64,000 nt of DNA from Owenia fusiformis (taxonomy: Eukaryota): positions 23,870,001-23,934,000 of the forward strand of contig CAIIXF020000001.1 of the NCBI GenBank assembly GCA_903813345.2, given 5' to 3'. The translations under genes and the position numbers were made by a program. Below, one piece after another: positions 52,001-64,000 of the stretch. Every line of letters starts with the position of its first letter. Positions within the stretch are counted from its first letter, which is position 1. Under the pieces are notes generated by a model. That model made no database searches, was not told where the DNA came from, and was given only the letters and a program-made list of their open reading frames with translations.

Positions 52001-55000
52001 GTGTCAATGAAGGTCTCCCACAGCCACGATGCTGACAACTTGAAATCCGAACTGACAGGTACCTACCCATACAACAAGAATGTCAAACTTACCGTTGACT
52101 TGAGCAAGGCCAGTGACGTCCAAGGTGCTATTACATTCACAAGCCCCTACACCAACATGGAGAACCTTGCAGCTAGCTTCATTCATAAGACATCTCGCAG
52201 ACCATACACCACCCATGCCGAGGTGTCCTGGACACCAAAAGACAAGATTGCTTTCGACGGAAGTGTCAACTACTATGGTCTCCGATACCTGACTGGTGAT
52301 GCCCGCCTTACAACCCCATTCACTGGTTATGAATCAATGAGTGCATCTATCAATCACAGCAAGAGAGATCAATGGAGCACAATTGTTGAAGTAGAATATC
52401 TACCAAGACAGAAGGTTTCGTTTGAGGGAAAACTCAACACAGACACACCCAAGGGAAGTATAACCATCAGAACCCCAGAGAGAACCCTAAGGAGCTTGAC
52501 TGCCAGTTTCGAGCACTCTGGAAACTTCCCATACGTCAACACCAAGAGCAACGTGAAACTTGTAGGCACCTACCCAGCCAGTATGGACTCTTTCATCCGT
52601 GTTAGTGGAATAGATTCAGTCAATGCCAACATCCAACTTAACCTTCCAAAGATGGATAAGATATCTGTCGATATCGTGCACCGTCAGCAGGGCAGCAAAT
52701 ACACAACGGAAGCAAGCGCCAGTGCAGCAAGAACAGAAGCCAAACTTACCAGCACATTGAATATCCAAAGCATAAACAATATTGATGGGGCCATTGTGGG
52801 TACCTTTGATGAAAATGAAGTCGAAATTAACTTCAACCATAATGGTTACTTGAAAAACTTCAGAAACCATCTTGATATCGCCCATGATAACAAAAAAGTG
52901 AACTTGGATGGACAATTCTCTCTCAGAGAAATGACAGGAGAATTTAAAGTCCAGAGCAACATCCCCAAGATTAGGTTCGCTAGCGTCAAATTCAACCATG
53001 ATGGTGACTACAGTAATTTCAAGCATCACGCAGAATTTTCTTTCAACAACAGAAAATCCGAATATGATGGATCATTTACCTCCAGCCCAAATGTTGAGGG
53101 TAAATTCACACTGAAGGCCAACAGAGACATAACAACCTTGACTTTCGATCATCAAGGTGGTCTGACACGATTCACCAATAATGCTAAGCTGACATCAACT
53201 GGTGCCCAAGACATTGAATATACTGGTTTCTTTGCAAATACAAACAGAGTTGTCGGTAAATTCACCTTCACAAAAGGTCCAAAGTCCCTCAATGTTAATT
53301 TCAATCACAATGGCGACCTTAGAAAATTCAAATCCTCTGCCAAAATTCTTGGAAATGGTAAAGCAGTCGAGGCTGATATTGAGTTTGATACCGCACCAAT
53401 GAAAGGCCAAGCCACATTCAACACCCCATGGACCCGCCCAGCTGCAGCTGCATTCAATTACAATGGTGAGCCAATGAACTTCAACTCACATGCTGAAGTA
53501 AGCTACGGACTAAAGAAAATCGAAGGTGACGTAACATTCAGTAAACAATTCGGAAGCTTTGTACTGAAGACTCCATTTACAACCCTGAGTGAAGTTAAAT
53601 CTTCTTACACTATTGAGGGATCACTGCCAAAATTCCAGTTCATTGCCCATGAGGAATTCTCATACAATGGTGGAAACACCATTGCAATGAACAGTGAAGT
53701 GAGCTGGATGAAGAAAATCTCTACTGATCTTACTACACCATTTGCTGCCATCAGAACTCTTAATGCTGAGGTGACAAAGAAGGGTGACAAGGTACATGCT
53801 GAACTAACACACAACCGACGAAACAAATTCCAGACCGACCTTAACTTGGATTTAGAATCCTTCAAGAAAGCTGACCTGACCATCGAGACTCCTTTCCAAG
53901 CCCTTGAAAGTCTTAATGTTGCCTACAACCATGAGGGTGGTCTTAGGAACTTCCAAAGCCACGCTGAGTTGACACATAACAAACGTAGCAAGTTTGAGAT
54001 TGATGCCACATCCCGTCTCACTTCCGCTGATGTCACAATCAAAACTCCATTTGATGCTATGAGGACATTGAACATGGCTTATTCTCATATTGGAGGACTA
54101 TGGAACTTCAACTCACATGCTGAACTTACTCACAACCAGAGAAACAAGTTCACCATTGATGCCTCTAATAACAATTTCGAAACCACCGAGTTTGCTTTTA
54201 CTACACCATTCAGAACCCTGAGTGATGCTAAACTTACCTTAAAGCAAGAAGGCACATTAGACGACTACAGCTCCAACACTGAATTCACATACAACAGGGT
54301 TAACAACATCAAAGCGGACATTGTCTTTGCAAGCACCAAGAATATCAAGGGATCCATGATGATGACAACCACATTCCCATCTCTGAGAGACCTCAAAGTT
54401 GCATTCAACCACGCCGGACGTTGGAACAACTTCAAGAGTGATGGAGAAATCACATGGAACAGACGCCAAACCATTGCTGGTGATCTTGAATTTGCATTCT
54501 CACGTAACATTAAACTAAAGGCCGGACTAGCCACTCCATATACCAAAGACCTCAAAGTTGAATTTACAAAGAAGGGTGACAACAGCGACTTTGTCCAGCA
54601 CTTGGAAATTGCCTACCCAGATATGATCTTCCAGCAGGATACTGAATTCCAGTTGAGTCCTCTCTCTATCAAATTCAAACAAGTACAGCCTAACTTCAAC
54701 TTTGACGGACAGTTCAGCCACACAGGTGACTACAGACGATTCCAGACACACGCTGAAGGAAAGCTTAACAGCTTCCAACCAGTTGTAGCTGATCTCTCTT
54801 TCAACATGGTCGGTAAAATCGAAGGAGCCTTGAAAGTGCAGAATCAATGGGTACCAGTTGACATTTCTTTCAACCATATTGGTAGCATTGATAACTTCAA
54901 ATGCTCCGGAGAAGCAATTGTGAACAACAAAAAATATGATGGTCAATTAGAGCTCAGCAACGACAGAGTCACAGAAGGCAAACTTACCATCAATACTCCA

Positions 55001-58000
55001 CATAGGAAACTTTACAATGTCGAAGCTGCCTTTAATGCTAAGGGTAACCTGAAGAACATGAGAGGTCATGCCGAATTGAGCTACAATGGTGGAAACAAAA
55101 TGGAAGCTGATGCATCATTCAAGAACTACAGGAACATGCAAGGCGAGGCCTCAATCAAGACCCCATTCAGACAAGTGCGTGAAGCATCTGCAAGTTTTAA
55201 CCACGAAGGTGATATGTTCAACTTCAAATCTGGAGCTGAGGTTACATACAACAGACGCAACAAGATCAATGCTGACGTTGACTTCACTACCGATAGAGCA
55301 ATCAGAGGAAATGCTGTCGTGACCACACCTTTCACCAATTTCGAACGTACTGCAGTTTCCTTCAACAGTGAAGCCAAGAAGACTCATGGTGAGGTATTTG
55401 CCTACAACAAGAAAATCGAGGGAGATGTTGAGCACACTGGATACAACAATGTCAAAGTTGAAATCAAAACTCCATTTGCTGATTACGAAAATATGCAAGC
55501 TGCCTACCTTCTTGAAAAGGAACCAACAATGTTCAATGTGCATGCCGAGGTAAGCAAGAACAACAAGAAAATTGAAGCTGATGTTAACACAGACAGAGCA
55601 AGGGGATTCAGTGGCAAGGCAACAATCAAAACCCCATTCCGTGGGTATGAAGAGATGTCTGCTGCACTTGACCACACTGGTGGCCTCAGGCGTTTCCGAA
55701 ACACCGCTACTGTTCAGCTTTCACCCCGTGTCAAATACACCACATTTGCCGACTTCACTCTGAACAGGAACATCTTTAACTTCGTCACAAAAATGTCAAG
55801 CCCACTTAACAAATTTGATGCCAATGTGAAACTCGAAGGTGATGCCCATGACTTCAAGAGCAACGGCATGGTCAACTACAATGGGGAAGTCACATCTCTG
55901 GAGTGTTCCTACAAAGATATCTACGGTGTACCCAGTGAGGGAAGCATCAAATTCTCCTGCCCATATGTTGAAGATATGTCCATGATGTTCACAAATGCCA
56001 AGCGTGGTGACAAATACAACATGCACTCAGAGCTCTCGTGGAACCCACGTAGCCAGATCGCTGTTGATGGTGAGATGAAGTACAATGGACTTAACGATAT
56101 GGATGCCTCTGTTAAAGTGATGACACCTTTCAGAGCTGCCCGTCAATTCGGATTTGATCTTGACCACAAAAACAGTGGATACAACTTCAACACCAGACTG
56201 AGCACCGAGTTCAACAACGAGAAATGTTTCTCTGGCGCAGCAGGATACCGAAAGGTTGGAGATAACAACATTGCTGAGCTGACAACTGAGGTACCCCGCG
56301 CAATGTCCTACAAAGGAAGCTACATGAATACTGATACTACTACCAGCATTTCCGGAGAGGCCAACTTGAACAGCAAAGTCCGTGGAAACAACTACAAAGG
56401 AAGTTTCGTCTCTAATAAAGAAGACAGCAGGCGTGTACTCAAGAGCTCAATGGAGGCCAGAACTGAAACTCCATACAGAGTAATGTCCTTCAAGACTGAA
56501 ATGAACAAATCTCCATACAACTTGAAACACTCTGCTGAGATGAGCTGGGACGAGGCCAGAAACAAGAAGGTATCATACGATATTGACTTCAAAGACAGAT
56601 CTCGCCGCAGCAGCAGGAACTACGATCTGACTGCACAGCTTGCTACTCCAATCAGGACCATGCAAATTCAGGGAAAACACAACGATAATGGCGCCACTTT
56701 CAATAGCAACGCCGACCTCATGTGGGACATGACCAGAGACCCATCCAAAAAACTCTCCGTGAGAGGAACAGTAGAGACAGCCCCTGATACATTCAAGGCT
56801 GAAGCAGGAATCAATACCCCATCACTTCCAAAGGTAATTATAACCCATTTTCATGTCTAAACATTAGGGCTAGATGTATATATCGTATAGATCATAACAA
56901 GAACGTATAAGGAAAAGACATTTAAGCATAAACGATCAAGTTTATTCCATATTCGATTATGCTCTTTGATGGATGGATGAAATATTTGATTTTTGTATTT
57001 TTGTTGGAATGCTATACATAGATTTGATGTCACAAGACAATATAAAGGAAAATGTGTGACTTGAATTAATACAATACAACAGAGTATAATATATGAATCA
57101 TTAATAAGAAATTTAATTGAATTGTAGGAAATCACTCTCAACATTGATAACGTGATGAACCAGAGGAGGAACATACTGTCCCACAAGACTGTGTTATCCT
57201 ACAGCAGGAACCCAAGCGAGGATTGGACCGTTACTGGACTCGTGAAAGTCACAGAACCCACCAACTACACCGCTGACTTTGGACTCACTCACCCAAGAAG
57301 CAACTTGGATATTGCCCTTGGAGGACATATTGCCAGCAACAGATTGTCAAAGTCTATTGGCGCCAACATGAACTACTTGGATTCAAGAAGACAGATGCAG
57401 AGAGTTTGGGGACTTGGATACCTCAATGACAACAACATGCGTATTGAGGTAATAAAGTTGAACCTTCAACAAATAACCTTGTCAAATATATGTGATTAAA
57501 AGCTAAAATGCATGTGCTTAATTTTAGAATATGGAAGTTTTATTTTGTATTGTTTTGAATATTTTAGTTCTACGCCCCTAAAGTACCCAAGCAAATGATC
57601 ATGGCCGCAAAGACTGATGATGGCTTTAAAGTAAGCCACGGGTTCTCTAATGGCAAAACACGCAACGCTGAGTTCACTATGGATCCCGAGGCCAAGGCAT
57701 TCGACCTTAAAGTGAATTACGGAACAGGTACGAAGAGTATATCATTTCCAATAATCAGTCCTGGCGTAATATATTTATATCCTACCTGCTTTATAATAAC
57801 TAATAATGTAATTAAACATATGAAAACATGCAGCCACTGGCGTACATGTACATACACGATACGTTCTGTTTAACAGAATACCCAAGAGATCTATTCCACA
57901 TGTACGGCAAGTACGTCAATGACAAACATGTCATGGTTGAGGCCTACCGTATGGACAACAACCGTAAAATCACAGAAGGAAGTGTCTCATTGAGAATGAA

Positions 58001-61000
58001 CAACTCCCGTCTTGCTCATGGACGTCTCTACTGGAGACCATCTATGTACTGGGATATCAAGGTGATTGTTTTGTCTTTTAGATGCTAAATCATATTTACA
58101 ATGACACAAAGATTACCGTGTCTCCATAATAAAGTTTAATGATACAAACAAGTATTAATCAAACTGTTTTAAACCTCTCTTAATTCAAATACTACACCAC
58201 GATTAGATTGATACGATGACAATGATTCAGTTCAGTGGAAAATATAATCATATTTTATATTATTTGTATAATAATAATAGGTATAAAATAAGCTTCGATA
58301 ATGTTAATTCCTTTACCAGGAGAGCCTCCCAACCCAGATTAACCAGCTTCGCGCTCAGATCGCCCGACAATGGGAGGAAGTCCAAGCTGATGTGTCCAAC
58401 GAAATCCGATCCAAAACACGCCATGTCACCTACACCTTGCCCGATATGTCACCAGTATCTGACTACATCAGCAATGAAATCAACCAGTTCAACAGTGATG
58501 CTGATACCGCCACAGATGCCGCTAAAATGATGTTCAGACGCAATGAGTTCTACTCCAGAGACGCTGTTGACGGTGGTTTCGCCGCAGTTGCATACACCAA
58601 GTAAGAATCACTAACGTCATGTATTTTAACAAAATGATGCTTACATAATGATTTTACCTTTGTGCCGTCTTTTTCATATCTTGTCTCATTATTATATTAT
58701 TCAAGAATTTAAATAGTAACACAAAGCTACATCATGATTCCTAATTGATTGAAAATGATTTTTAGGGATATGGCACGTGACTTCTCTGCCAAGATGGATG
58801 AGGTCAAACGAACCGCCCAGGCTAAGATGGACCAATACAGATACATGGCTGAGAGAATGTATGAAGACTATGCCAGACGTGCTGCCTACCAATACAAACT
58901 TGCCAAGTACAACCTCAACCGGAAGTACAATGTAAGACACAATCACGCTCAGAATTAATTATCAGGCATATCACAATGTAATGAGAGCTATGAAACAAAC
59001 AGTTAAATCGTAACTTGTTAAACTTGATCAATATTCTTTAATCATTAAAAGGATTATGTATATAATCAATTTGTAATTTTCTAGGAGTATGCACCAATTG
59101 CTCAAAGATACATCGATCAAGGATACGAGATGATTGCCCCATACTACCAAACCGTCCAGACAAGAGCACAGAGACACAGACGCGATCTTTCAGGTAAAGG
59201 GACTCCCATATCAATCACATTACTCATCAATAATAAGAAATATTCACAATAATATAATTATTTGCACTTTCATTAATTAATAAAAGCAGTTAACAAAATG
59301 TTAAAACTGTCATTGGTTATTTCGCATTCTGCACTGAAGTAAATGAATTTTATCTGCTTGTAGATCTGATGTACTCCATCACATCTCACCCACAGTACAA
59401 AACCAGTTTGGAGAAGATCAGCGACTTTGCCAGTCAGGCCATGAGCCACATGCAAAACATGAAGACCAAGGCCATTGACTTGAAAGAAGCTGCCAAGAAA
59501 CACGTCAAGCTTACCAAGGCAAAAATGAACAACATGTACAATGATGCTCTTGAAACCGTCAACCAGAAGCTCGACGCTGCCATGGGTCACGATGCTGTTG
59601 TCTACACCAAGAAGGTTGCTCTCAATGCCCTTGACATGGTGAGAACCGATTGCATTTAATTAACATTCCACATTGATCATTAGATGAAGCAATTTGATTG
59701 ATTATATAGACATAAAGGTTATTTAAAAGGTAGATTATATGAGTTGATGGGGAAGACTATAAGACGCACTTTCTATTTATTGAGACCATTGCTTGGGGTT
59801 CGTTTTCTTAAGACCAGTGGTACCTTTGAACTTTCATACTTACATGTATTTCCTTACATTTTGGTCACCCGTATGACACCTATGCATTCCAATATTTTCA
59901 GGCCAAAGATGCTGCTGACTTCATCAATGTGAAGAAGAACTTCCACAAGATTGCCAGAGATATCTACAGGAATAGCAAGGTTGTTGCCACCAAGCACGCA
60001 GCCTTTTTAACCGGAGTCTACAAGAACTTGAACAAAAACAAAGTCACCGTATTCAACCCCAAACAAGGAGAGATCCAGGCACAGGTAAGACTGATACTAA
60101 TATCGATCAATAAGCAAAACGGATCTGCTAATGATGATTGTTGAATTCGTGTGTATAAATCCATCGTCTGATATTTATGAGATTAAAGGCAAACTGATGC
60201 GTCCAGACATTGAGGAAATACTTTTCCCGTTTTTACCGAGGACGTTAACAATTCATTCCTCAATATTACGTTAAGTCAGTTTTTCAGAATGTGGACACGA
60301 TTTCAAGGCTGAGCTATATTCATTTAATTTGATTACGTTGTAGGCTTACATGCCATTCGCTGTCAAGGACTTGAAAACCCTTCCAAACATCGACACAACC
60401 AATCTCCAGAAGCTGATGAACCTTTCCTTGAGCAGCCTTCCATCTCTGCCCAAGTACAACCCAATGGATGATTACTACCACTACAAACCAGCATCTTCCA
60501 ATCCTCTGGACTGGATCCCACCATTCAAAGGTAAACAGTCATATCTTGGACGTGTAAATGATAAACGCTAAAACACAGTCAAGCATAATACAGGTTTACA
60601 AACACTCCTCAGATGATTATCAATTCCTTTGCTGTATATTTTTAGCCTCTGCATTCGTTGTTGGAGCTCAACATATCAAGACCTTCGATGGAACTTATTA
60701 CGAGTTTGCCAGCCCATGCAGCTACGTTCTTACCCAGGACTTTAGCAATGATAACTTCACCGTTGTCGGAAACTTCGAGGGTGACACCAAACACATCAGC
60801 AAGAAGTCTCTCATGATCATCTCCAACAACAAGAAAATCGAAATCTTCTCTGACTTCAAGGTATGTAAGATTTGCTTCCTTCTCAATACACACGTTGACA
60901 TCGTAATTTACATTTTGAACGCTTATTTAAACAGCTTTATATGATTTTAATAAACAAGTTGATATTTGAAATTTAAACATTAGTTTTGAATTTTACTTCT

Positions 61001-64000
61001 AGGTTCTTGTTGATGGCAAGAAGGTTGAGCTTCCAGTCGAGTTCTTGAACACATCAGTCACCATCGACGGAGAGAGAATGATTGTGAAGAACAAATTGGG
61101 TCTTACCACTGAATGGGACAAGGCTAATGATATCTGGAGTGTAGAAATCTCTGGATGGTATTTCGGCAAGGTCGCTGGACTTTTCGGAACTTACGACAAT
61201 GAGCAAAGCAATGATTTCACAACCTCAAGGAACACCGTTGAGGAGCTCGAGAGATTCACCACCAGCTGGGAAGCATCTGGAGCATGCAGAGTTAGAGGAA
61301 ATCAGGCTAGAGAAGTTGAGCCACAAACACACCGCCATAGCTTCAAAACCTGTGCCCGTCTGTTCAAAGAAGAGGTGTCATTCTTCAGGCCATGCTACAA
61401 ACAGGTACAGCTCACCTATGCAATCGTTTTTATAGTTGCTAGAATTTTATTGAAAAGTATTGACATATAATATTGTTGTTGCATCACGTACAACGATATT
61501 TTCACTCATTACATTTTACAGGTCTCCCCTAAGAAATACTTCAAGATGTGCGTAAATGACGTCGAGGGATTCGAAAGAAACGCTTGCAAGATGGCTGCTG
61601 CGTACATCAAAGAATGTGCCGCTGCTGGAGTACCTGATATGAAAATGCCCAAAGGTTGCTGTAAGTGAACTTGCCATTTTATTCAAGATTGATTTCATGT
61701 ACTTTCATGGTAAACATGTTGAAAAAATTCTAGTCAATAGTTTGATTTAATAAATATTGATAATGAAGTAGATCATCCTATATCTGTAAAACCATTTTAA
61801 TCTTAAACTCTAATTAGCAGAAAGAAAAGTGACATGACAAATACAAAGGTTAATAATGTTTATGACATGTATGATGCCAAATGGTTAACACCACCAGACA
61901 CGAGATGCCACATACAATTCATAGGCTTGTTATGTCAGCAAGAAACTGATCTACATTCAATTGTTCTTATCATGTTATAACATCATAAACGAATGCACAA
62001 TTTCTGTTCTGTAGCTGACTGCAACAGCGAGGGCAAGAGACTGAGTGACATCCCACAGTCCGCTGATGTTGTCCTAGTTGTTGAGGAGAGACAATGCAAC
62101 AAGGACCTTACAGGCAAACTTGGAGCTCTCGTCGAGAGAATTGAAGAACAACTACGTGAACTCGGTAAGCAAACAACATGTTTTATTATATATAAAAGTG
62201 CCATATGATGACTATAAATATATCGTATCATTACCAACGAAGTAAATGAATTAGCTCTAGGATAATCCAATACATTATAAACTTCAAATAGAATTTTAAG
62301 TATTTGTTAAAAAGTCTCAAACAGCCTGCGATACAATCAACTCATTTCCATACTTTATATTCAAGGTCTATCCAACAACCGTTTCGGTATCGTTGGATTC
62401 GGAGGTGAGGGAGTCCACAACAAACCCCATACTCACACCGTAGGTGGAGAAATCATGGGAGATTCTCGTAGATTCTCTTTTGGAGCAGCCAATCTCGACT
62501 TCGAAGAAGATGGTGAATTCAAAGACACTCTTGGTGCTATTGAAAAAGCTGCCCACTATCCATTCAGACAGGGTGTCTCAAAGAGCATTGTCTTGGTAAC
62601 ATGCACTGAATGTACTCAACAGGAAACCCAATATACTGATATCCTAAATATGCTCACAACAAGGGACATTACACTTCATATGCTCGCTGATAGCAAATTC
62701 GAGTCCAACAGTGAATCTAAGAAGCCTTCAGTTTTCGTATTTGGTAGGTTTCTCATTCATTATTTGAATAAACAATGACCTGAATTAAAATCACAATTAA
62801 ATATGATTTATTTAAATGTAAAAACAAGGGAAATAATGTCTGTACAGAAATCGTTTGGAACATTTATTACATTCCTTGTATTTTACAATTAAAATTATCT
62901 AGATTGTTTTGATATAACGTATGTTCATTCTTTACTTTCAGGAGTTGACAGCAAATCAGCTTACAGCCGCAAATCCCTTATTGGTAAGAAACTGAGAGGC
63001 GACAAGGAACTCTTTAGCCAACTCACCGTTCCCCAGCACATCTGTGGTGATCTTACTACTCAAACCGAAGGTTCCCTATTTGATCTGAATAGACTCACAG
63101 CAGGAAATGTCCAAGCTCAAAAATCATTCTCTGAAGCTTTTGCCAAGAGAGTATCTATGTCTGCCATCCCATCCGGGTGCCAAGAGTGCAGCTGTGTCGA
63201 AGGTGAAACCGTATGCAAGACATGCACAGCTGAGGTAAAAACAGTTTGTTTATTTGTTTGTTTGTTTGTTTTGTTGTTTGTTTGTCATTATGAGAGGATG
63301 ATTTTACATATATAGTAATACTTCAAACAATATATCGTACTACACTAATTTGCTTTGAATAATAATTTGAATATTACTAGAAAATGGAAATCCAAATATC
63401 AACCCGTTGAATGATAACAAACATAACGCTGATTAAACCATATTATACCACAAGGCAAAAAGTAAAAGTGGACACTATGTTTTTTTATTTTAATTATTTG
63501 ATTGTTTCAGTCTTCAACCCTAGGCAAAAGAGAAGAGAACCCATATGCTGATGAATTCGAGCCAGCTATGGCCTCCGAGGAGGATGAGTTCAAAAATGAG
63601 CTTAAGGTAAGCCTTGTACAAACAAAAATTAATTTATATTAAAAAGTTCTATATCACTATTTCTTTGTTTCACTGATATCAAAAATCAAATACAATTCTT
63701 AAATGGTCAGAATATATTGAATAATGGAAAGTAATGAATCTAGTAACGGTATAAAAAGTTATCCCGGGCTATAACTTTTTGCGATTTTCTTTATTCTTAT
63801 TCTGTTTTGTCATTCATTCATGACATGTCATGTGGACGATGAAAGCCCTAGAAATTACAAATTGAGAGAGTTTATTTCCGTTATATATCTGGAGTGCATC
63901 ATGTAGTGTATATGCATATAAAACACCTACAAATTATGAATTGTTTTATGTCATTTCAGGAATACATGAGACGACCCATGAAAATGAAGAACATGAGGAA
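37044..64000 (+). CDS. Apolipophorin-like large lipid transfer protein (signal peptide, Vitellogenin_N/LLT module, long beta-repeat region, amphipathic helices, VWD, VWA-like C-terminus); at least 37 exons, >4,650 aa, 3'-partial
   Basis: Phase-consistent GT-AG exons: 37044-37101, 39071-39124, 40923-41077, 41252-41500, 41991-42143, 42483-42678, 43916-44159, 44345-44510, 44624-44953, 45078-45644, 45819-46032, 46194-46320, 46489-46671, 46964-47204, 47374-47539, 47766-47883, 48256-48395, 49180-49414, 49746-49962, 50258-56833, 57128-57448, 57568-57727, 57877-58061, 58320-58600, 58766-58931, 59085-59193, 59364-59638, 59902-60084, 60344-60530, 60646-60860, 61003-61404, 61522-61660, 62015-62164, 62366-62743, 62942-63234, 63511-63606, 63960->64000. 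Motifs: MVLAAKALVLSAILAVISC signal, YLPGRTYRFQY, LNIKRGILSAFQ, ETDVAGNC, LRALGNAG, SELRIGAYL, NQVGSFVWTHL, KFSRNIE, IPRSAMLN, HIKTFDG, GLFGTYDNE. Confidence 0.93.
39108..39263 (+). repeat. 31-bp tandem repeat x5 spanning the exon 2 donor site
   Basis: TTACACCACATGCACAG|GTAAATCTCATATT with GT at 39125, 39156, 39187, 39218 and 39249. Confidence 0.92.
48354..48859 (+). repeat. 61-65-bp tandem repeat x8 spanning the exon 17 donor site
   Basis: TTGCCCTCAACAACCTTTTCAAGACCCCAGTCACATTCAAGG|GTAAGATACATTCTCCTCA with GT at 48396, 48457, 48518, 48579, 48640, 48701, 48766 and 48831. Confidence 0.95.
50100..50200 (-). mobile_element. Probable 3' tail of a non-LTR retroposon
   Basis: Minus strand: stem-loop ACACCCCTCGGGGTGT, then AATAAA and a (TTGAA)n tail. 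Confidence 0.4.
50258..56833 (+). CDS. Giant internal coding exon (6,576 nt, 2,192 codons) of the lipoprotein gene; amphipathic beta-strand repeats
   Basis: Open frame (ORF track 50267-56860) bounded by TTTTAG| at 50257 and |GTAATT at 56834, phase 0-0. Recurring TPF...F-x-H-x-G...F-x-x-HAE units. Confidence 0.93.
63244..63285. repeat. (TTTG)n microsatellite
   Basis: Imperfect GTTT run at the start of the intron after the exon ending at 63234. Confidence 0.8.

Noticed and set aside
50254-56592. Many antisense and alternate-frame ORFs in the giant exon
   Set aside because: Shadow ORFs caused by biased codon usage of the sense frame; no recognisable motifs.
50267-56860. 2,197-aa ORF as a stand-alone gene (e.g. 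bacterial or viral beta-repeat protein, HGT)
   Set aside because: It is flanked by phase-compatible splice sites and is continuous in frame and composition with the neighbouring LLTP exons.

Overview
AT-rich, intron-rich animal genomic DNA (looks like a lophotrochozoan or similar invertebrate; organism not determinable from the window). Three spliced protein-coding genes can be rebuilt by hand, all on the + strand, with consistent exon phases. (1) COA3/CCDC56 (3753-6779), split by one U12-type (minor spliceosome) GT-AG intron. (2) A 10-exon, ~770-aa calpain-family gene (9479-22080). Its catalytic Cys is replaced by Phe, it has a ~250-aa insertion before the C2-like domain, it has no penta-EF-hand, and a 13-nt last coding exon supplies a C-terminal CaaX box (CVIS). 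(3) An apolipophorin-like large lipid transfer protein gene of at least 37 exons and over 4,650 aa (37044 to beyond 64000), with a 6,576-nt exon of beta-strand repeats, furin-type sites and VWD/VWA-like C-terminal domains. Intergenic and intronic DNA is dense with non-autonomous DNA transposons whose ends and target-site duplications (TSDs) can be read directly. These include a 2-kb near-perfect foldback with an 8-bp TSD, a three-level nest (CAC-ended element with 5-bp TSD > hAT5-like > Tc1/mariner), Kolobok-like TTAA elements, mariner remnants and probable P-type excision footprints. I saw no rRNA, tRNA or CRISPR array. All gene models are manual and lack transcript support.
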